Below are positions 11,401 to 21,406 of a stretch of 64,000 nucleotides of DNA, in pieces (position 1 is the first letter of the stretch; every line of letters starts with the position of its first letter). A model generated the notes under the pieces. The model saw only the letters and a list, made by a program, of their open reading frames with translations, had not been told where the DNA came from and made no database searches. Where the stretch lies: positions 170,836 to 234,835 of IMG/VR virus record IMGVR_UViG_3300001336_000001; one strand, written 5' to 3'. This DNA is from a virus (Duplodnaviria > Heunggongvirae > Uroviricota > Caudoviricetes). The translations under genes were made by a program, and so were the position numbers.

Positions 11401-13348
11401 TGTGTTTATCCCAATTAGCATTTGTTGTTTCGGTAAACGATATATCATAAGGTGGGAACCACATAATCCTACCCCTTAAACCACTAACTGGGTCCCCTGG
11501 ACCTATCTCACATGGCAATAAATTATTTAAACTATCAGCCCATGCTAAGTTCTCAATTGAGAACATATAGTTTTTAATATCATTATTACCAACATTACTA
11601 TAGGGCGTTATTTTAACAAAACCATTATCATCTAAAACTGATGAAAAAGTATTTAATCTATCGTAATCATTGTAAACAGTGCTTAATCCACTACTTTTTT
11701 GTAAATCTTTTACCTGGGCGTATCTATCATAAGTTGTCCAAGTCCTACAAAATACGTTTTCAGGTCCATTATTAACATTGTCTATGACGGCAGATGAAGA
11801 CATTACACCGCTACCCTTAGAGGTATAACCACCAATATCAGATACCGCACTATTTATTTGAGAACGTCCTTCAGATGGTATATCACCATGACCAGAAACC
11901 ATAGTTCTCATTAATCCAGTATTAAATAATTGTTGTGTTTTAAACAATAATGTTTTTCTATCAGTTTGTGTTGGATTGGTAAATAAATCACCCAAACCAA
12001 TAGCGTTTGAGTCACCATCAGTATTTGGAATATCATCTTTATTTGCTATGTTTGGCCCCTGCCAACCATATGCATCTTTATACATAATACCCTTTGGGGT
12101 GTTGAAATGTGGTTTATCAATATAATCAGTACTCCACCCATCATCAAAAATTTGTCCACTTCTTTCATAATTACCAGATGATATTGGGTTATTTGTTTCA
12201 CCATTAATGAAGTCAATTAATTTACCATCATTAGTACTTCTTGCATATATTTGTGGGTTTAAACCATCGTTACCACCAGCTCTACTATCATCATAACCTG
12301 GGGCATAACCTTGTCTTAATGCACCACCAGCAATACTTGTATCAATTCTAGTGTTGGCTCTTAAATTATTAAATAATGAATCAACTTGTCCTCTACCAGA
12401 GTTTTTAATCATCTCATTAGCCATTGCGATATTCTCATTGGCTATAAAAGTACCTTTATCATCAAAAGAAAATATACTATCCTGTAATAAACTTAATGGT
12501 GATTGTACACCAAAAACATTTGCAGCAAAGTTTAGTACTTTACCTACTGTGTTTTTTGGGGTTGTGATTTGATAATTTAATGTTACCAATGGAGCACCTT
12601 GCAATAATGTTAATGGATTTAAATTAATATTACCAAGCGTTTCTTGCTGTAGACCAAATGCTGCGTTATAACCAACATGTGTTAATAATTGTTGAGAACC
12701 AATTTTACCTAAATTAGTATCATTGATTATACCAGCCGCTCCAAGTATCCTACCACCTAATGTAGCTCTTATATCGCCATTACTAATAAAACTACCGTCA
12801 GTGACGTTAAACCCCACTCCTTGGCCATTTAAAGCACCACTAAGTATATCTAAAGCTTGTGTACTAGGTCCACCAACATTTAAATTACCGTTTTCGTCAA
12901 GATATGAAGTAAAATTATCAACAGCTGGTATTGATACTGTATTTAAGTTAACTAAGGTTTGTTTGTCTTCATCAATGTATAAATTAAATTTAGTATTTTC
13001 AGGTCTAAATTCATTACTAATATTTGTAATATTTGTTTGTGAAAATGAATATGGACCAGTCTGATTAGTTATTGATGAATTATTATAAATAATATTAACC
13101 TGATTATAATCATTAACACCACCTTGGTATTTATTTAAAATTGTATTATCTTGTTGGAATATTTCACCTGGTCCAGAAACACCTGGGCCTTGTTGAACTG
13201 ATATTGGTTGTGTTTCAACTGGTGCTGAATAACCTACACCATTCAACAATGATGATAATCCATTTTCAACTATAGAATCTGCTACTAAATTTTTTAATAA
13301 TAAAAAATCTCTAAAATCTGGTGATAATGTATTTATACTGTTAGACAT
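8468..13348 (-). CDS. baseplate/tail-tube initiator-like protein with an inserted OmpA-like peptidoglycan-binding domain
   Basis: WDKHNFIGRGEPMYTYNNTERT and RPPVCILRLGDFY tube-initiator-like segments; VYFPND..ILGYASA..NFELSKRR..NRYVSV OmpA-like motifs; follows tape measure. Confidence 0.6.
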   Translation of the reverse strand: MSNSINTLSPDFRDFLLLKNLVADSIVENGLSSLLNGVGYSAPVETQPISVQQGPGVSGPGEIFQQDNTILNKYQGGVNDYNQVNIIYNNSSITNQTGPYSFSQTNITNISNEFRPENTKFNLYIDEDKQTLVNLNTVSIPAVDNFTSYLDENGNLNVGGPSTQALDILSGALNGQGVGFNVTDGSFISNGDIRATLGGRILGAAGIINDTNLGKIGSQQLLTHVGYNAAFGLQQETLGNINLNPLTLLQGAPLVTLNYQITTPKNTVGKVLNFAANVFGVQSPLSLLQDSIFSFDDKGTFIANENIAMANEMIKNSGRGQVDSLFNNLRANTRIDTSIAGGALRQGYAPGYDDSRAGGNDGLNPQIYARSTNDGKLIDFINGETNNPISSGNYERSGQIFDDGWSTDYIDKPHFNTPKGIMYKDAYGWQGPNIANKDDIPNTDGDSNAIGLGDLFTNPTQTDRKTLLFKTQQLFNTGLMRTMVSGHGDIPSEGRSQINSAVSDIGGYTSKGSGVMSSSAVIDNVNNGPENVFCRTWTTYDRYAQVKDLQKSSGLSTVYNDYDRLNTFSSVLDDNGFVKITPYSNVGNNDIKNYMFSIENLAWADSLNNLLPCEIGPGDPVSGLRGRIMWFPPYDISFTETTNANWDKHNFIGRGEPMYTYNNTERTGTLQWKIIIDHPNYINLFNNDNRVNNDFIASFFAGCLSLEQMAPFLTQRELDAAIIENQPEKEEKLDEPITPPTTFNVYFPNDTSSVEGVYDGYEDGKVRGCSEGVDEVKFIRDSNSRVIEIDYGLYADGTPNKETLNPPGDPEYLNTPGTYLWYLNEYELEQVKYNQLKDDGYFFDLPFTVGINYFTELEVGDFNEFNFYDCDLGFDGGETLNRFNEYNNMVSLGYISLMPFNVHIPYSTSGFEVLNSGTTAPFISEFTYYADVLNINEQVILDTYNNLYAPPLLPPNDYPWVEFLIFSGVDGNHFVPHCWKLEVEENNCNINSEDNPTGEGNGIAVFPDVYNEECFKYKNNKGEEVWSSARCRVTSGSEGREQPDRTNFGLNNKPVKIGDKEYKNWKDPEYHKDLRDLMVNQSKSLTINILGYASAVGGQERNFELSKRRVEYIKNYIKENVLNELSEDEINKRLKIVSKGEGQTSSAGECETSPNAVTGDGKLIDVKGSFNDTEGCKANRYVSVEFVDDIELKSEIEDEKKLDSQEGDLRVPNIPLSRFYSECDYFEKLSQDDPIVYSEIKQKIKYFQPSFHSTTPEGFNSRLNFLQQCMRQGPTVSVGDNGDTTPIPGTPDNLAFGRPPVCILRLGDFYYTRIIIDTISFSYDPLVWDLNPEGVGVQPMICTVDMSFNFIGGSSLNGPISKLQNAVSFNYYANTEIYDRRSDTIGDNGDGSGYIVDGLKNINPDGSTTRPFFKPDKNQTTQTSDEQEIKPLSGSTTGDTTTEGVINDEAIFRDALDKFLFNININYNYEQPNDLGFFDGSFGLTNENSLSLSKDYDATVILYTKNGYTDLVNFKVGGKDSDGFQPGGQFIAPGGGSFTSDNKNWEPIFNDAVIDKNTGEIVFGVKINEFNIVLSDVFIKPPFDCPNEFIYKSSIQTLSLWSSIYENVCENCFSGSTTQPPTFLNC

Positions 13349-13424
13349 ATTTATTCTTTATTTTATCTATATATAAATACTATATTACTATTTTTTTTAT
13401 AAAAATAAATAAGAATAATTATAT

Positions 13425-13492
13425 ATATTATTATAGTTATATATTATATTATTATAGTTATATATTATATTATATTATTATAGTTATATATT
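13425..13492. repeat. three copies of 21-bp ATATTATTATAGTTATATATT in an intergenic AT-rich tract
   Basis: Copies at 13425-13445, 13446-13466 and 13472-13492. Confidence 0.85.
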
Positions 13493-13577
13493 ATATATAA
13501 AATCAACTATTTTGGTTAAACCGTCAAGTAAAATCTTTAATTTAACAAAAATTTAACATATTATTTATCATTTATTA

Positions 13578-16169
13578 TTATATTGGTTTTGGGTTAGGAC
13601 TAAGTTTACCACCACCAATTACCATTGTTATTTGCTCACTAATTGCTTCATTAATTCTTCTAATAAACGCTTGGTCTTTAGCTAATTCAGTCCCTAATTC
13701 AGATGTTCCAGGTACAACTATTTCAATTTTAACATTAACATCATCAAACTTATGTGTTACCTGTGAATTACCACCATTCATCTTACCAGATAATGTTTCG
13801 GCTAGTTTAGCATTACCACCAGCTTGTGTACCAGCAATCATGGTCGCATCATTAACCTTCATAAATTTATCTTGCGGGTGAAAAACTATACCATCATTCA
13901 TTAATGTCGTTGAAGGGTCGGTCTTACTAACAGTACCATATTCACCAATTTCCCCCATAAACATATCAGCAATACCACCAATACCTGCACCAATTAGAGT
14001 ACCTACTCCTGGTATAATACTACCTATAGCAGCACCTAAAGCCATACCTTTATTTTGGTCCAATGTTTTCAACAACCCCTCACCGACACCCATACTATCA
14101 TCTGACATATTTGAAAACAAATCAACACCAGCACCTAATAATGCTAATGGTGCAAATCCCTTCCCAGCACCTTTTAATAACCTAGAACCACCCTTAGCAA
14201 AGTTACCCTTCATCATATTCTTACCACCACTTCTCATTAATTGACCTGCTGAAAAATTACCTCTACCACCACCAAGTCCTCTACTCATATTTGAAAAATT
14301 ACTACCAGGCATACCAGCCCCACCAGCCATAGCAACACTATTAAACCCTTTACCAAGCAACATACCATTAGCTAACCATTTACCAACATTAAACAATAAT
14401 TTACCCCCTAATATTGTGGCTAAGGTTCCAGTTGGACCCAGCCAAATAGCTGTTTTAACAATAAATTTACCAATACCACTAATTAACTCAGCTGCACCCT
14501 TAACAAATTCTTTTAGTGTATCAAAAAACCCTTCTTTCTCCCATTGCTTTACTAGTGTTTGTATTGGTTTACCGATATTTTCCTTTAATACTGGTGCGAA
14601 TTGTAATAATTGTTGTTTTAATGTTAATATAAAATCAGTTATTGTTTCATCAAAAGTTCTAGCAGCCTCAGCTCTTTCTTCTAAACTTTGTTGTTCTTCT
14701 CTTAAAGCTTCTAATCTACTTTTATCTAAATTTTTAATATCACCTTTAAATTCTTCACTGTCAATAACCCATTTTTTACTATTTTCATCAAATTTAGCGA
14801 ATTTACTAATTAACATCAAATCATCTTCATTAAAAAATCTACCAGTACTTCTACCAATTTCATCAAGTCTAGCTTGAGCCTCACCCATCTCTTGAAGTTT
14901 CTCAACACTAATACCAGTCATTGTTGATATTTCACGCATTCTATCTAAAGCAAATCCACCCTTAACATTAAACTCACCAGTTTCTTTATTAAACGTCATA
15001 AACTCCTTGGTTGCTTTACCAATATCACTAGCAAAAGCACCCATATCATTTCTAGCTTTAAACATTAATTGCATAGGGTCACCTAGTTTAGCAAATTCAC
15101 CACCCATTGTCGCTAAGTTAGCCGCCATTTCAATAGCACCTTCTGGTCTAAACACTTTCTCAGACATAGCAGCGATACCATCCATATCTAACCTTAACCT
15201 AGTAGCTTTAACTGACATTTCAGACAAACCTTTAACACCACCTTTAAATGTAAACCTTTGTGCTAACTTAAGGTTTTGTTGTAAAGACTTTAATGCTGCT
15301 GCACCGTTAACACCTAATTTAGCGGATAAATTCATATTATCCTCAACAATTTTAGCACTTCTTTCTGCTGATATATTAAACTTATCCATACCAGCAGCCA
15401 TTTGAACTGCAAACTCCTTACCTAACCCAGTACCCTCGGCAAGCCCAGCCATTGCCTTAAAACCATCCTCAGTTAACTCAACAGACCTACCAATAGCTTC
15501 AGTATAACCTTGTTGCATTATTGCTAAATCTTTAATACCAACACCCCACATGGTTGTAGTATCAGAAGCTTTATTTATTGTTGAAAATATTCTATCGTAT
15601 GTTTTTTGACCACCAGCCATGCTTCTAGTTGCATTTCTGATTTCTTTATCCATATCAAATAAACCATAATCTTTTAACTTACCAAAACCTTTTTTAACTA
15701 AACCAGGTGTTTTAGCTAAAGAACCTACCATACTTTTCAACCCAAGACCAAGTTTACTAACACTACTAGCTTGTTGTGATAATTCATTTGTTTGTTTTTC
15801 TAATAAATCTAACTCATGTTCTAATAATGTAACATTTTGACCTCTAGCGATTAATTGTTTTTTAATCTCTTTATTTTGCTTTATCAGTTCTTTAATCTCT
15901 TTAGACGAAGTTGTCAGCCCTGATTTTTTTAATTTAGCAATTTCTAGTTCATTTTTTTTCTTTTCCTTTTCAAAATCACTCTGTTCTTTTTTTAGTTTTG
16001 ATATATTACCCTCGATAAATGAAATATTTTTCTTTAACTCACTAATTTTTTGAACAACTTCAAGATAATCCTTTACGCTGGAGTTCATCTTTTGTTGAAG
16101 TTCAAAAGATTCTTGCTGAGCTTTTTTCCACTCATTATATTTATCCTTATCAAAACTATATTTAGCCAT
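13578..16169 (-). CDS. tail tape measure protein
   Basis: 863 aa; helical Ala/Gly/Met/Lys-rich; GAAIGSIIPGVGTLIGAGIGG segment; lies between chaperone and baseplate genes. Confidence 0.8.
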   Translation of the reverse strand: MAKYSFDKDKYNEWKKAQQESFELQQKMNSSVKDYLEVVQKISELKKNISFIEGNISKLKKEQSDFEKEKKKNELEIAKLKKSGLTTSSKEIKELIKQNKEIKKQLIARGQNVTLLEHELDLLEKQTNELSQQASSVSKLGLGLKSMVGSLAKTPGLVKKGFGKLKDYGLFDMDKEIRNATRSMAGGQKTYDRIFSTINKASDTTTMWGVGIKDLAIMQQGYTEAIGRSVELTEDGFKAMAGLAEGTGLGKEFAVQMAAGMDKFNISAERSAKIVEDNMNLSAKLGVNGAAALKSLQQNLKLAQRFTFKGGVKGLSEMSVKATRLRLDMDGIAAMSEKVFRPEGAIEMAANLATMGGEFAKLGDPMQLMFKARNDMGAFASDIGKATKEFMTFNKETGEFNVKGGFALDRMREISTMTGISVEKLQEMGEAQARLDEIGRSTGRFFNEDDLMLISKFAKFDENSKKWVIDSEEFKGDIKNLDKSRLEALREEQQSLEERAEAARTFDETITDFILTLKQQLLQFAPVLKENIGKPIQTLVKQWEKEGFFDTLKEFVKGAAELISGIGKFIVKTAIWLGPTGTLATILGGKLLFNVGKWLANGMLLGKGFNSVAMAGGAGMPGSNFSNMSRGLGGGRGNFSAGQLMRSGGKNMMKGNFAKGGSRLLKGAGKGFAPLALLGAGVDLFSNMSDDSMGVGEGLLKTLDQNKGMALGAAIGSIIPGVGTLIGAGIGGIADMFMGEIGEYGTVSKTDPSTTLMNDGIVFHPQDKFMKVNDATMIAGTQAGGNAKLAETLSGKMNGGNSQVTHKFDDVNVKIEIVVPGTSELGTELAKDQAFIRRINEAISEQITMVIGGGKLSPNPKPI

Positions 16170-16180
16170 TTTTTAATTAA

Positions 16181-17548
16181 TTAAAATCCTTCTTTTATTT
16201 TAGCAGTTCTATTTTCTGTTTTTTGACTACCATCTTTAGTTTTAGTTATAATGGTAACCCTATATGTATTTCTTGAACCTTCAACAAGTTTATTAACTTT
16301 AAAAGTTACATTTTTACCATTTAATAGTACAATAGGTTCACCACTCATCTTAGTTCTTTTATTAGCTTTAACTCGATAATCTTCATACATAGTTAATGAG
16401 ACATCATCTTTATTAAAATCTTTATCAATTAACTGTATTAAGTATATTTGATTTTGTTTAAATGTGTCAGATAAAGTTTTTTCTTTACCTACTTCAGGCA
16501 AAGAAGTGTCAGCAACATTTCTTAAAATAGCCTTTGCTGCCAATATACCTTTAGGTTTTTTACCTAAAAAAGCATCCCAAAAAGAAGGTTTACTCATAAA
16601 AGCATTTCTGAATGTTGGATTACTTAAAACTAAATCAGTGATATCTTCTGGTGTCATATCATCAATATCCTCAGCTTTAGGTTTTTTCTTTTTAGCTTCT
16701 GGTTTTTTTTCACCTTTCTTTTCAACCGACTCAAAATCTGAAATATGTTTTATAACAATAGGTTTAGACTTAACAGAACCCTTACGAGTCTCACCACCTA
16801 AACTTTTACTAACTCTTATATTAATATAAGAATCAACATTTTCGTCACTGTCCGATGAAATGTGTTGTGAAATATTTTTATCAGAAACATCAAATATAAT
16901 ATCAGAATCTACAAATACTTTTTTATAATTATCACCCTTACCAGATGTACTAACCAAATTTAACAACAAATTATTAGATTCTTTACTAATAACTTTCATT
17001 ATTATTTCACCACCACCAAAAATTTCAAATTTTATAGAATCATCTTCTTTGAATGAATTAAATTCACCAACCAATTCACTAACATCTTCAACTCTTTTAT
17101 AAGACTTTAGTGATTCAGTATCATCATCAGATTTTTCAATATCAACCTCATCACCCCCTATCTTCATTCTCTGAATATTTTTAAAAGTTGATTTTTTCCA
17201 GTCCTTAACTGGTGATGATTTTATAACCCCAGATAACAATTTATTAATATCAGTTTCACTTCTAAGTTCACTAGGGATATTAACTCGTTTAAATGATAAG
17301 TTGTCATTAACTAAATCAGTAACAGTTATAAAAAATATATCATTCTTATAAATGTTATCATCTAAGCTCCTTAAATACAATTGACCATTATCATTAAAAA
17401 TAACATTGAATGATAATGTATTGTTATTTTTATCAAAAATTGTTATTTTTTTATTTTTATCAATATCCTTAACTAAGTTTTGATATTTTTCTTCAAAAAC
17501 CAAAGATTCAATTAAATTGTACTGACTTTCTTTTATAATTAGCTTCAT
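16181..17548 (-). CDS. hypothetical (probable virion) protein, 455 aa
   Basis: ORF track; own TATTTAT motif; MKLIIKESQY N-terminus. Confidence 0.7.
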   Translation of the reverse strand: MKLIIKESQYNLIESLVFEEKYQNLVKDIDKNKKITIFDKNNNTLSFNVIFNDNGQLYLRSLDDNIYKNDIFFITVTDLVNDNLSFKRVNIPSELRSETDINKLLSGVIKSSPVKDWKKSTFKNIQRMKIGGDEVDIEKSDDDTESLKSYKRVEDVSELVGEFNSFKEDDSIKFEIFGGGEIIMKVISKESNNLLLNLVSTSGKGDNYKKVFVDSDIIFDVSDKNISQHISSDSDENVDSYINIRVSKSLGGETRKGSVKSKPIVIKHISDFESVEKKGEKKPEAKKKKPKAEDIDDMTPEDITDLVLSNPTFRNAFMSKPSFWDAFLGKKPKGILAAKAILRNVADTSLPEVGKEKTLSDTFKQNQIYLIQLIDKDFNKDDVSLTMYEDYRVKANKRTKMSGEPIVLLNGKNVTFKVNKLVEGSRNTYRVTIITKTKDGSQKTENRTAKIKEGF

Positions 17549-17582
17549 AATGTGATTATTCTTATTAATAAATATCTAATAT

Positions 17583-17614
17583 AAAAAAAAACACCCAACT
17601 TTTATTGGTTGGGT
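17583..17614 (-). terminator. intrinsic terminator overlapping the stop of the gp51-like ORF
   Basis: ACCCAAC-N8-GTTGGGT stem followed by a U-tract on the minus strand. Confidence 0.55.
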
Positions 17615-17964
17615 ATTTCTCCAGATTTTAACTTAGCTTTTAACTGGTCTCCAGATATTCTACTACTTCTGGTTCCCTTACCCCCAGTTTTCAACTTATC
17701 CATCTCTTCTTCCATTTTTTCTTCTTTTTTGCGCCCCTCATCTAATAGAAGATTTAAGTAGTTACGCCTTTCGTAAACAGTCATAGACATCACATCTTGG
17801 TATGAAAATCCGATATGTTTAACACATAGATATATCTCTTCTTGTAAATTGGTTTTATAATTCAAAGTCAGGCCAAAAAAACTTGAGTGTAAACGGAAGA
17901 AATCGAGACACAGACCCACCTCCAGGGGTCTTGAAGTCAACTTTTGTATCAACTCCACACTCAA
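17602..17964 (-). CDS. gp51-like baseplate hub/tail assembly protein, probably made as a +1 frameshift extension of the upstream ORF
   Basis: NYKTNLQEEIY..FSYQDVMSMTVYERRNYLNLL resembles gp51; no ATG before this core; T7 run at 17875-17881. Confidence 0.65.
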   Translation of the reverse strand: MSVELIQKLTSRPLEVGLCLDFFRLHSSFFGLTLNYKTNLQEEIYLCVKHIGFSYQDVMSMTVYERRNYLNLLLDEGRKKEEKMEEEMDKLKTGGKGTRSSRISGDQLKAKLKSGEIPNQ

Positions 17965-18973
17965 TACTTGATGTATATTCTCTTAATTTTTTACCATCCA
18001 TAAGTCTTAGATTATCAACGAAGTTTTTAATATAATCCCTATCTTTGTTACCATCAACTTCAACAATTTGATTTTCCAAAGTAATTGTTGCGGTCATATT
18101 TATTAAATTATTTTCTTGTTCAATAAATTCAACCATCTTCTCCAACTCACTTTCTTCACCAACAGTTAATAGTTTGAATTTAACAATTGATTTCGTTATC
18201 GGTAATTGATATGAAAACAACCCTTCAGAATCAGGCTCAACATTTAATTTTTTAATTTTTAATTGTGATAAATCTATTTCAGTATCAAATGGTTTATTAT
18301 TTTCATCTAGTATAGTAACAGGGTACATCTCACCATAACCAGTAGACCTTAAGAAAATCATTATAGCATCTCTATCACCAGGCAATAAATCTTTATACCT
18401 AAGACCTAGTTCTAATAATTTTCTATTTATTAATATTTCAAGAAAATCACCACTATTTAATAAGTTTGGTGATGTTAAAATATTTTCATCTGCTGTTGTT
18501 AAAAACGCAACCTTAACTTTACCCTTTTTATTTGGATATAATTTACCTTCACTAGGTAAAGGAATAATATCATAAGGTTGATTCATTTGAGGTTGGCTCA
18601 ATAATTCAATATCCTTTTCGGTAAAATCAGGTTTTTTTATTGTGTTACCCTCATTAATGTAATTTTCTTTATTTTCTACAGTATTAACTTGTTGAATTGG
18701 TTGAGCATATGTGTTATCAGGAACCTGCATCATAGACGACTCAACATTATTAGTTGATTTTTCTTTTTCTAATTCGATTTGTTTTAATCGCTCCTCCCTC
18801 AACCTTAATTGTTCAGCTGTTCTTCTAGCCATTTCAGCCGCAGCATCAGCTTCACCTTCCGATACTTGGCCAGATGTTATTGTTTCTTCTTGTTTTTTAG
18901 CAATTTCATCACCAGTTTGATTAGCCATTGCAATTTGTTCTGGTGTTGGGAATACTTTAGGTTTATTATCCAT
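17855..18973 (-). CDS. gp26-like baseplate hub assembly / tail assembly chaperone
   Basis: LPSEGKLY..LTTADENILTS..GDRDAIMIFLRSTGYG..KFFWP; lies between tube and tape measure genes. Confidence 0.7.
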   Translation of the reverse strand: MDNKPKVFPTPEQIAMANQTGDEIAKKQEETITSGQVSEGEADAAAEMARRTAEQLRLREERLKQIELEKEKSTNNVESSMMQVPDNTYAQPIQQVNTVENKENYINEGNTIKKPDFTEKDIELLSQPQMNQPYDIIPLPSEGKLYPNKKGKVKVAFLTTADENILTSPNLLNSGDFLEILINRKLLELGLRYKDLLPGDRDAIMIFLRSTGYGEMYPVTILDENNKPFDTEIDLSQLKIKKLNVEPDSEGLFSYQLPITKSIVKFKLLTVGEESELEKMVEFIEQENNLINMTATITLENQIVEVDGNKDRDYIKNFVDNLRLMDGKKLREYTSSIECGVDTKVDFKTPGGGSVSRFLPFTLKFFWPDFEL

Positions 18974-19043
18974 ACTTTTTATTTTTTTATTTTTTTATAA
19001 AACATTTAATAATAAATATAGATAATTAATTTTTTTTGTAAAT

Positions 19044-19068
19044 AAAAAAACCACCTATTGGTGGTTTT
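19044..19068 (-). terminator. intrinsic terminator
   Basis: AAAACCACC-TATT-GGTGGTTTT with A7 on the + strand, 12 nt after a stop codon. Confidence 0.7.
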
Positions 19069-19080
19069 ATAAAAATGTTT

Positions 19081-19692
19081 TTATTTATTTTTTCGCTCCC
19101 ATTCTTTTTCAAATTCCTTTTCAGCTGCTTTAATGGTATCTGAGGTTACGTGTTTTTCTTTTTGAAACTTTTTCCAAGCATCTTCTTTTTCATTGTCCTT
19201 ATCTTCATTTAATCCTCTACCGTAAAAATCTCTATCTAAATCTTTTCTACCACCCAATTCAGATTCTAATCTTTGGATATCACTTCTTAATTTTCTAACC
19301 ATCTCTGAATCATCTTCACCTTCATAATGATTTAAAGCATCAGACAATACTTTAATTCTAACAATTAAAGTTGAATCATCATCAACAGACGGGTCAGTAA
19401 AAGTATCACTAATACCACCCGTAGGACCAACGTGACTTTCGTTTTTAATTGGTACACAATCATTCACCATTCGATTACCTTTCTCTTTCATACCCACTTT
19501 CTTATGGGTTTTCCAACAAGGATTATCACTGTTTTCTTTTTCCGATATTGGTTCATGATTTTTATCAACACCAATAGGTGTACCATCTAAATCATGAAAT
19601 GACTCAGATATTAACCCTTTACTAATTAAATAACGTCTTTCAGCTAATATATTAGCCCTATCTATTTTATTTTTCTTGTCAAATCTTCTCAT
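19081..19692 (-). CDS. hypothetical acidic (probable head/virion) protein
   Basis: 203 aa; PCWKTHKKVGMK..VNDCVP mini-motif; TATTTAT motif upstream. Confidence 0.65.
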   Translation of the reverse strand: MRRFDKKNKIDRANILAERRYLISKGLISESFHDLDGTPIGVDKNHEPISEKENSDNPCWKTHKKVGMKEKGNRMVNDCVPIKNESHVGPTGGISDTFTDPSVDDDSTLIVRIKVLSDALNHYEGEDDSEMVRKLRSDIQRLESELGGRKDLDRDFYGRGLNEDKDNEKEDAWKKFQKEKHVTSDTIKAAEKEFEKEWERKNK

Positions 19693-19713
19693 AGTTTCTT
19701 TTACTTATAAATA

Positions 19714-21402
19714 TTAGAGTTTAGTTAAAAACTCATATTTTTTATTACCACAATCATATATTCTATATTTTTTTAATTCTAACATGATTTCTTTTTCAGA
19801 TTTATTAAAATCAAAACCTAAGTCAACCAACCTACTTTTTCTATATTTAAATCGATACTCTCTAATATCACCATTAATATACCAATAATTGGGTTTACTA
19901 TTGTGTGTAAAATTAAAACCCAAAGATTCATACAACTCACCTTGACTCCATCTCCTATCAGCATAACTTATAATTTTATTAGGGGTGTAATTTTTAACAA
20001 AATATTTTAATAATTTAGAAGCACCACCAACTACAGATGTGTCTAACTTATTACAAAATCTAATCAATTCCCACTCATCACTTTTTCCACCCATTATTAA
20101 TCTACCAACACCAAACGTCATTAACGAAACTAACTCCCCATTATAATACAACCCTAATTTAACTTTGGATTTAGAAAAACCTTGAATGTGATTATTTTCT
20201 AAAAATGATTTAGACGTTTTCGAATCAATTTTTCTTATCTCACACTTTCTCGCATATATCTTATTCTCTGTTAAACCTAAAATATTCTTAATCCTTGATT
20301 TAACAATATCTTCTTTATGTAACCATTCATCCTCAAATATATGTATAAGTTTAATTTCTTTAGATTCACATATTTCAGTTTTAGATAAGTGATACTTTTT
20401 ATCTTTAAACAATTCAGAATGCCAATATAAACCATTGTATTCAATAGCTAAATTATGTGATGGTATGTAAATATCTAACTCCTTACCACCTAACACTGAA
20501 GTGTCATTTTCAACAACATTAACACCCAGTGAATTAACAAACTCAAATATTTCTTTCTCAGCTAAACTAATAGATTTAACACCAATAGGGTTGCAATTTG
20601 AACATAATTCATAACCCTCCCTATATCTCTCATTTAATAATATTCTACTTATCTCAAACGACTCATTACATTTATTACATAAACATGTTAAAATATCACC
20701 ATTAACATCCTGTATAAATGGAAACCTATCTTTTAATTTGTTTAGAGATTTAATTTTTATCTTATCCTTAACTGATTTAGATTGGGTCGGATATTCAACA
20801 CCTAAATTTTTAAAATTAGTACTTTTTATTTGATTTTTAATATCTTCATTTTTAAAAACATTACTAACACCATAGTTATCAATAATCGATTTCTTATATT
20901 TGGTTTTAACGATATCACTTTTCATAGGATTATCAACACCAATATTATCAATAATCGATTTCTTATATTTGGTTTTAACGATATCACTTTTCATAGGATT
21001 ATCAACACCATAACGTTCTACATAAGTTTTTATTTTTTTATCCTTAACACTTTGTAATTTGTTGGTACTATCAACACCATACTTATTAATAGTTGATTCT
21101 TTAGCTAATTTGATTAGGTCACCACTATCATTAGCACATTTTAATGAACAATACTTACCATAACCCTTATTAAGGTTTCCTTTAAACTTAACCAAAGCAC
21201 CACAATGACCACAAGTAATTTGTTCATTAATATTATTAATAAAATACCAAACTTTTTCTTTAAAAGGTAAGTCTACATACCATAATGATTGTACATGATT
21301 AATAATTTTATTATATAAATCTGGGTAGTTTTTTAAAATAAAGGACTCTCTAGTTTTAACCCCGCTTTTATTGTCTGATGTAAAAAATTCTTTATAATCC
21401 AT
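19714..21402 (-). CDS. free-standing putative homing endonuclease (Zn finger, YGVDNP repeats, Vsr/DUF559-like nuclease, GNAT-like C-terminal domain)
   Basis: CGHC..YCSLKC; ELDIYIPSHNLAIEYNGLYWHS; IHIFEDEW; ELIRFC..GGASKLL..ISYADRRWS; inserted in the tail module with its own host-type promoter. Confidence 0.75.
   Translation of the reverse strand: MDYKEFFTSDNKSGVKTRESFILKNYPDLYNKIINHVQSLWYVDLPFKEKVWYFINNINEQITCGHCGALVKFKGNLNKGYGKYCSLKCANDSGDLIKLAKESTINKYGVDSTNKLQSVKDKKIKTYVERYGVDNPMKSDIVKTKYKKSIIDNIGVDNPMKSDIVKTKYKKSIIDNYGVSNVFKNEDIKNQIKSTNFKNLGVEYPTQSKSVKDKIKIKSLNKLKDRFPFIQDVNGDILTCLCNKCNESFEISRILLNERYREGYELCSNCNPIGVKSISLAEKEIFEFVNSLGVNVVENDTSVLGGKELDIYIPSHNLAIEYNGLYWHSELFKDKKYHLSKTEICESKEIKLIHIFEDEWLHKEDIVKSRIKNILGLTENKIYARKCEIRKIDSKTSKSFLENNHIQGFSKSKVKLGLYYNGELVSLMTFGVGRLIMGGKSDEWELIRFCNKLDTSVVGGASKLLKYFVKNYTPNKIISYADRRWSQGELYESLGFNFTHNSKPNYWYINGDIREYRFKYRKSRLVDLGFDFNKSEKEIMLELKKYRIYDCGNKKYEFLTKL
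20876..21010. repeat. tandem duplication with 69-bp period (66 bp identical) inside the endonuclease gene
   Basis: 20876-20941 = 20945-21010; encodes GVDNPMKSDIVKTKYKKSIIDN twice. Confidence 0.9.
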
Positions 21403-21406
21403 ATTG

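Noticed and set aside
1836-15405. Short + strand ORFs antisense to the baseplate and tape measure genes
   Set aside because: Shadow ORFs of long minus-strand genes, mostly non-ATG starts, with no recognisable motifs
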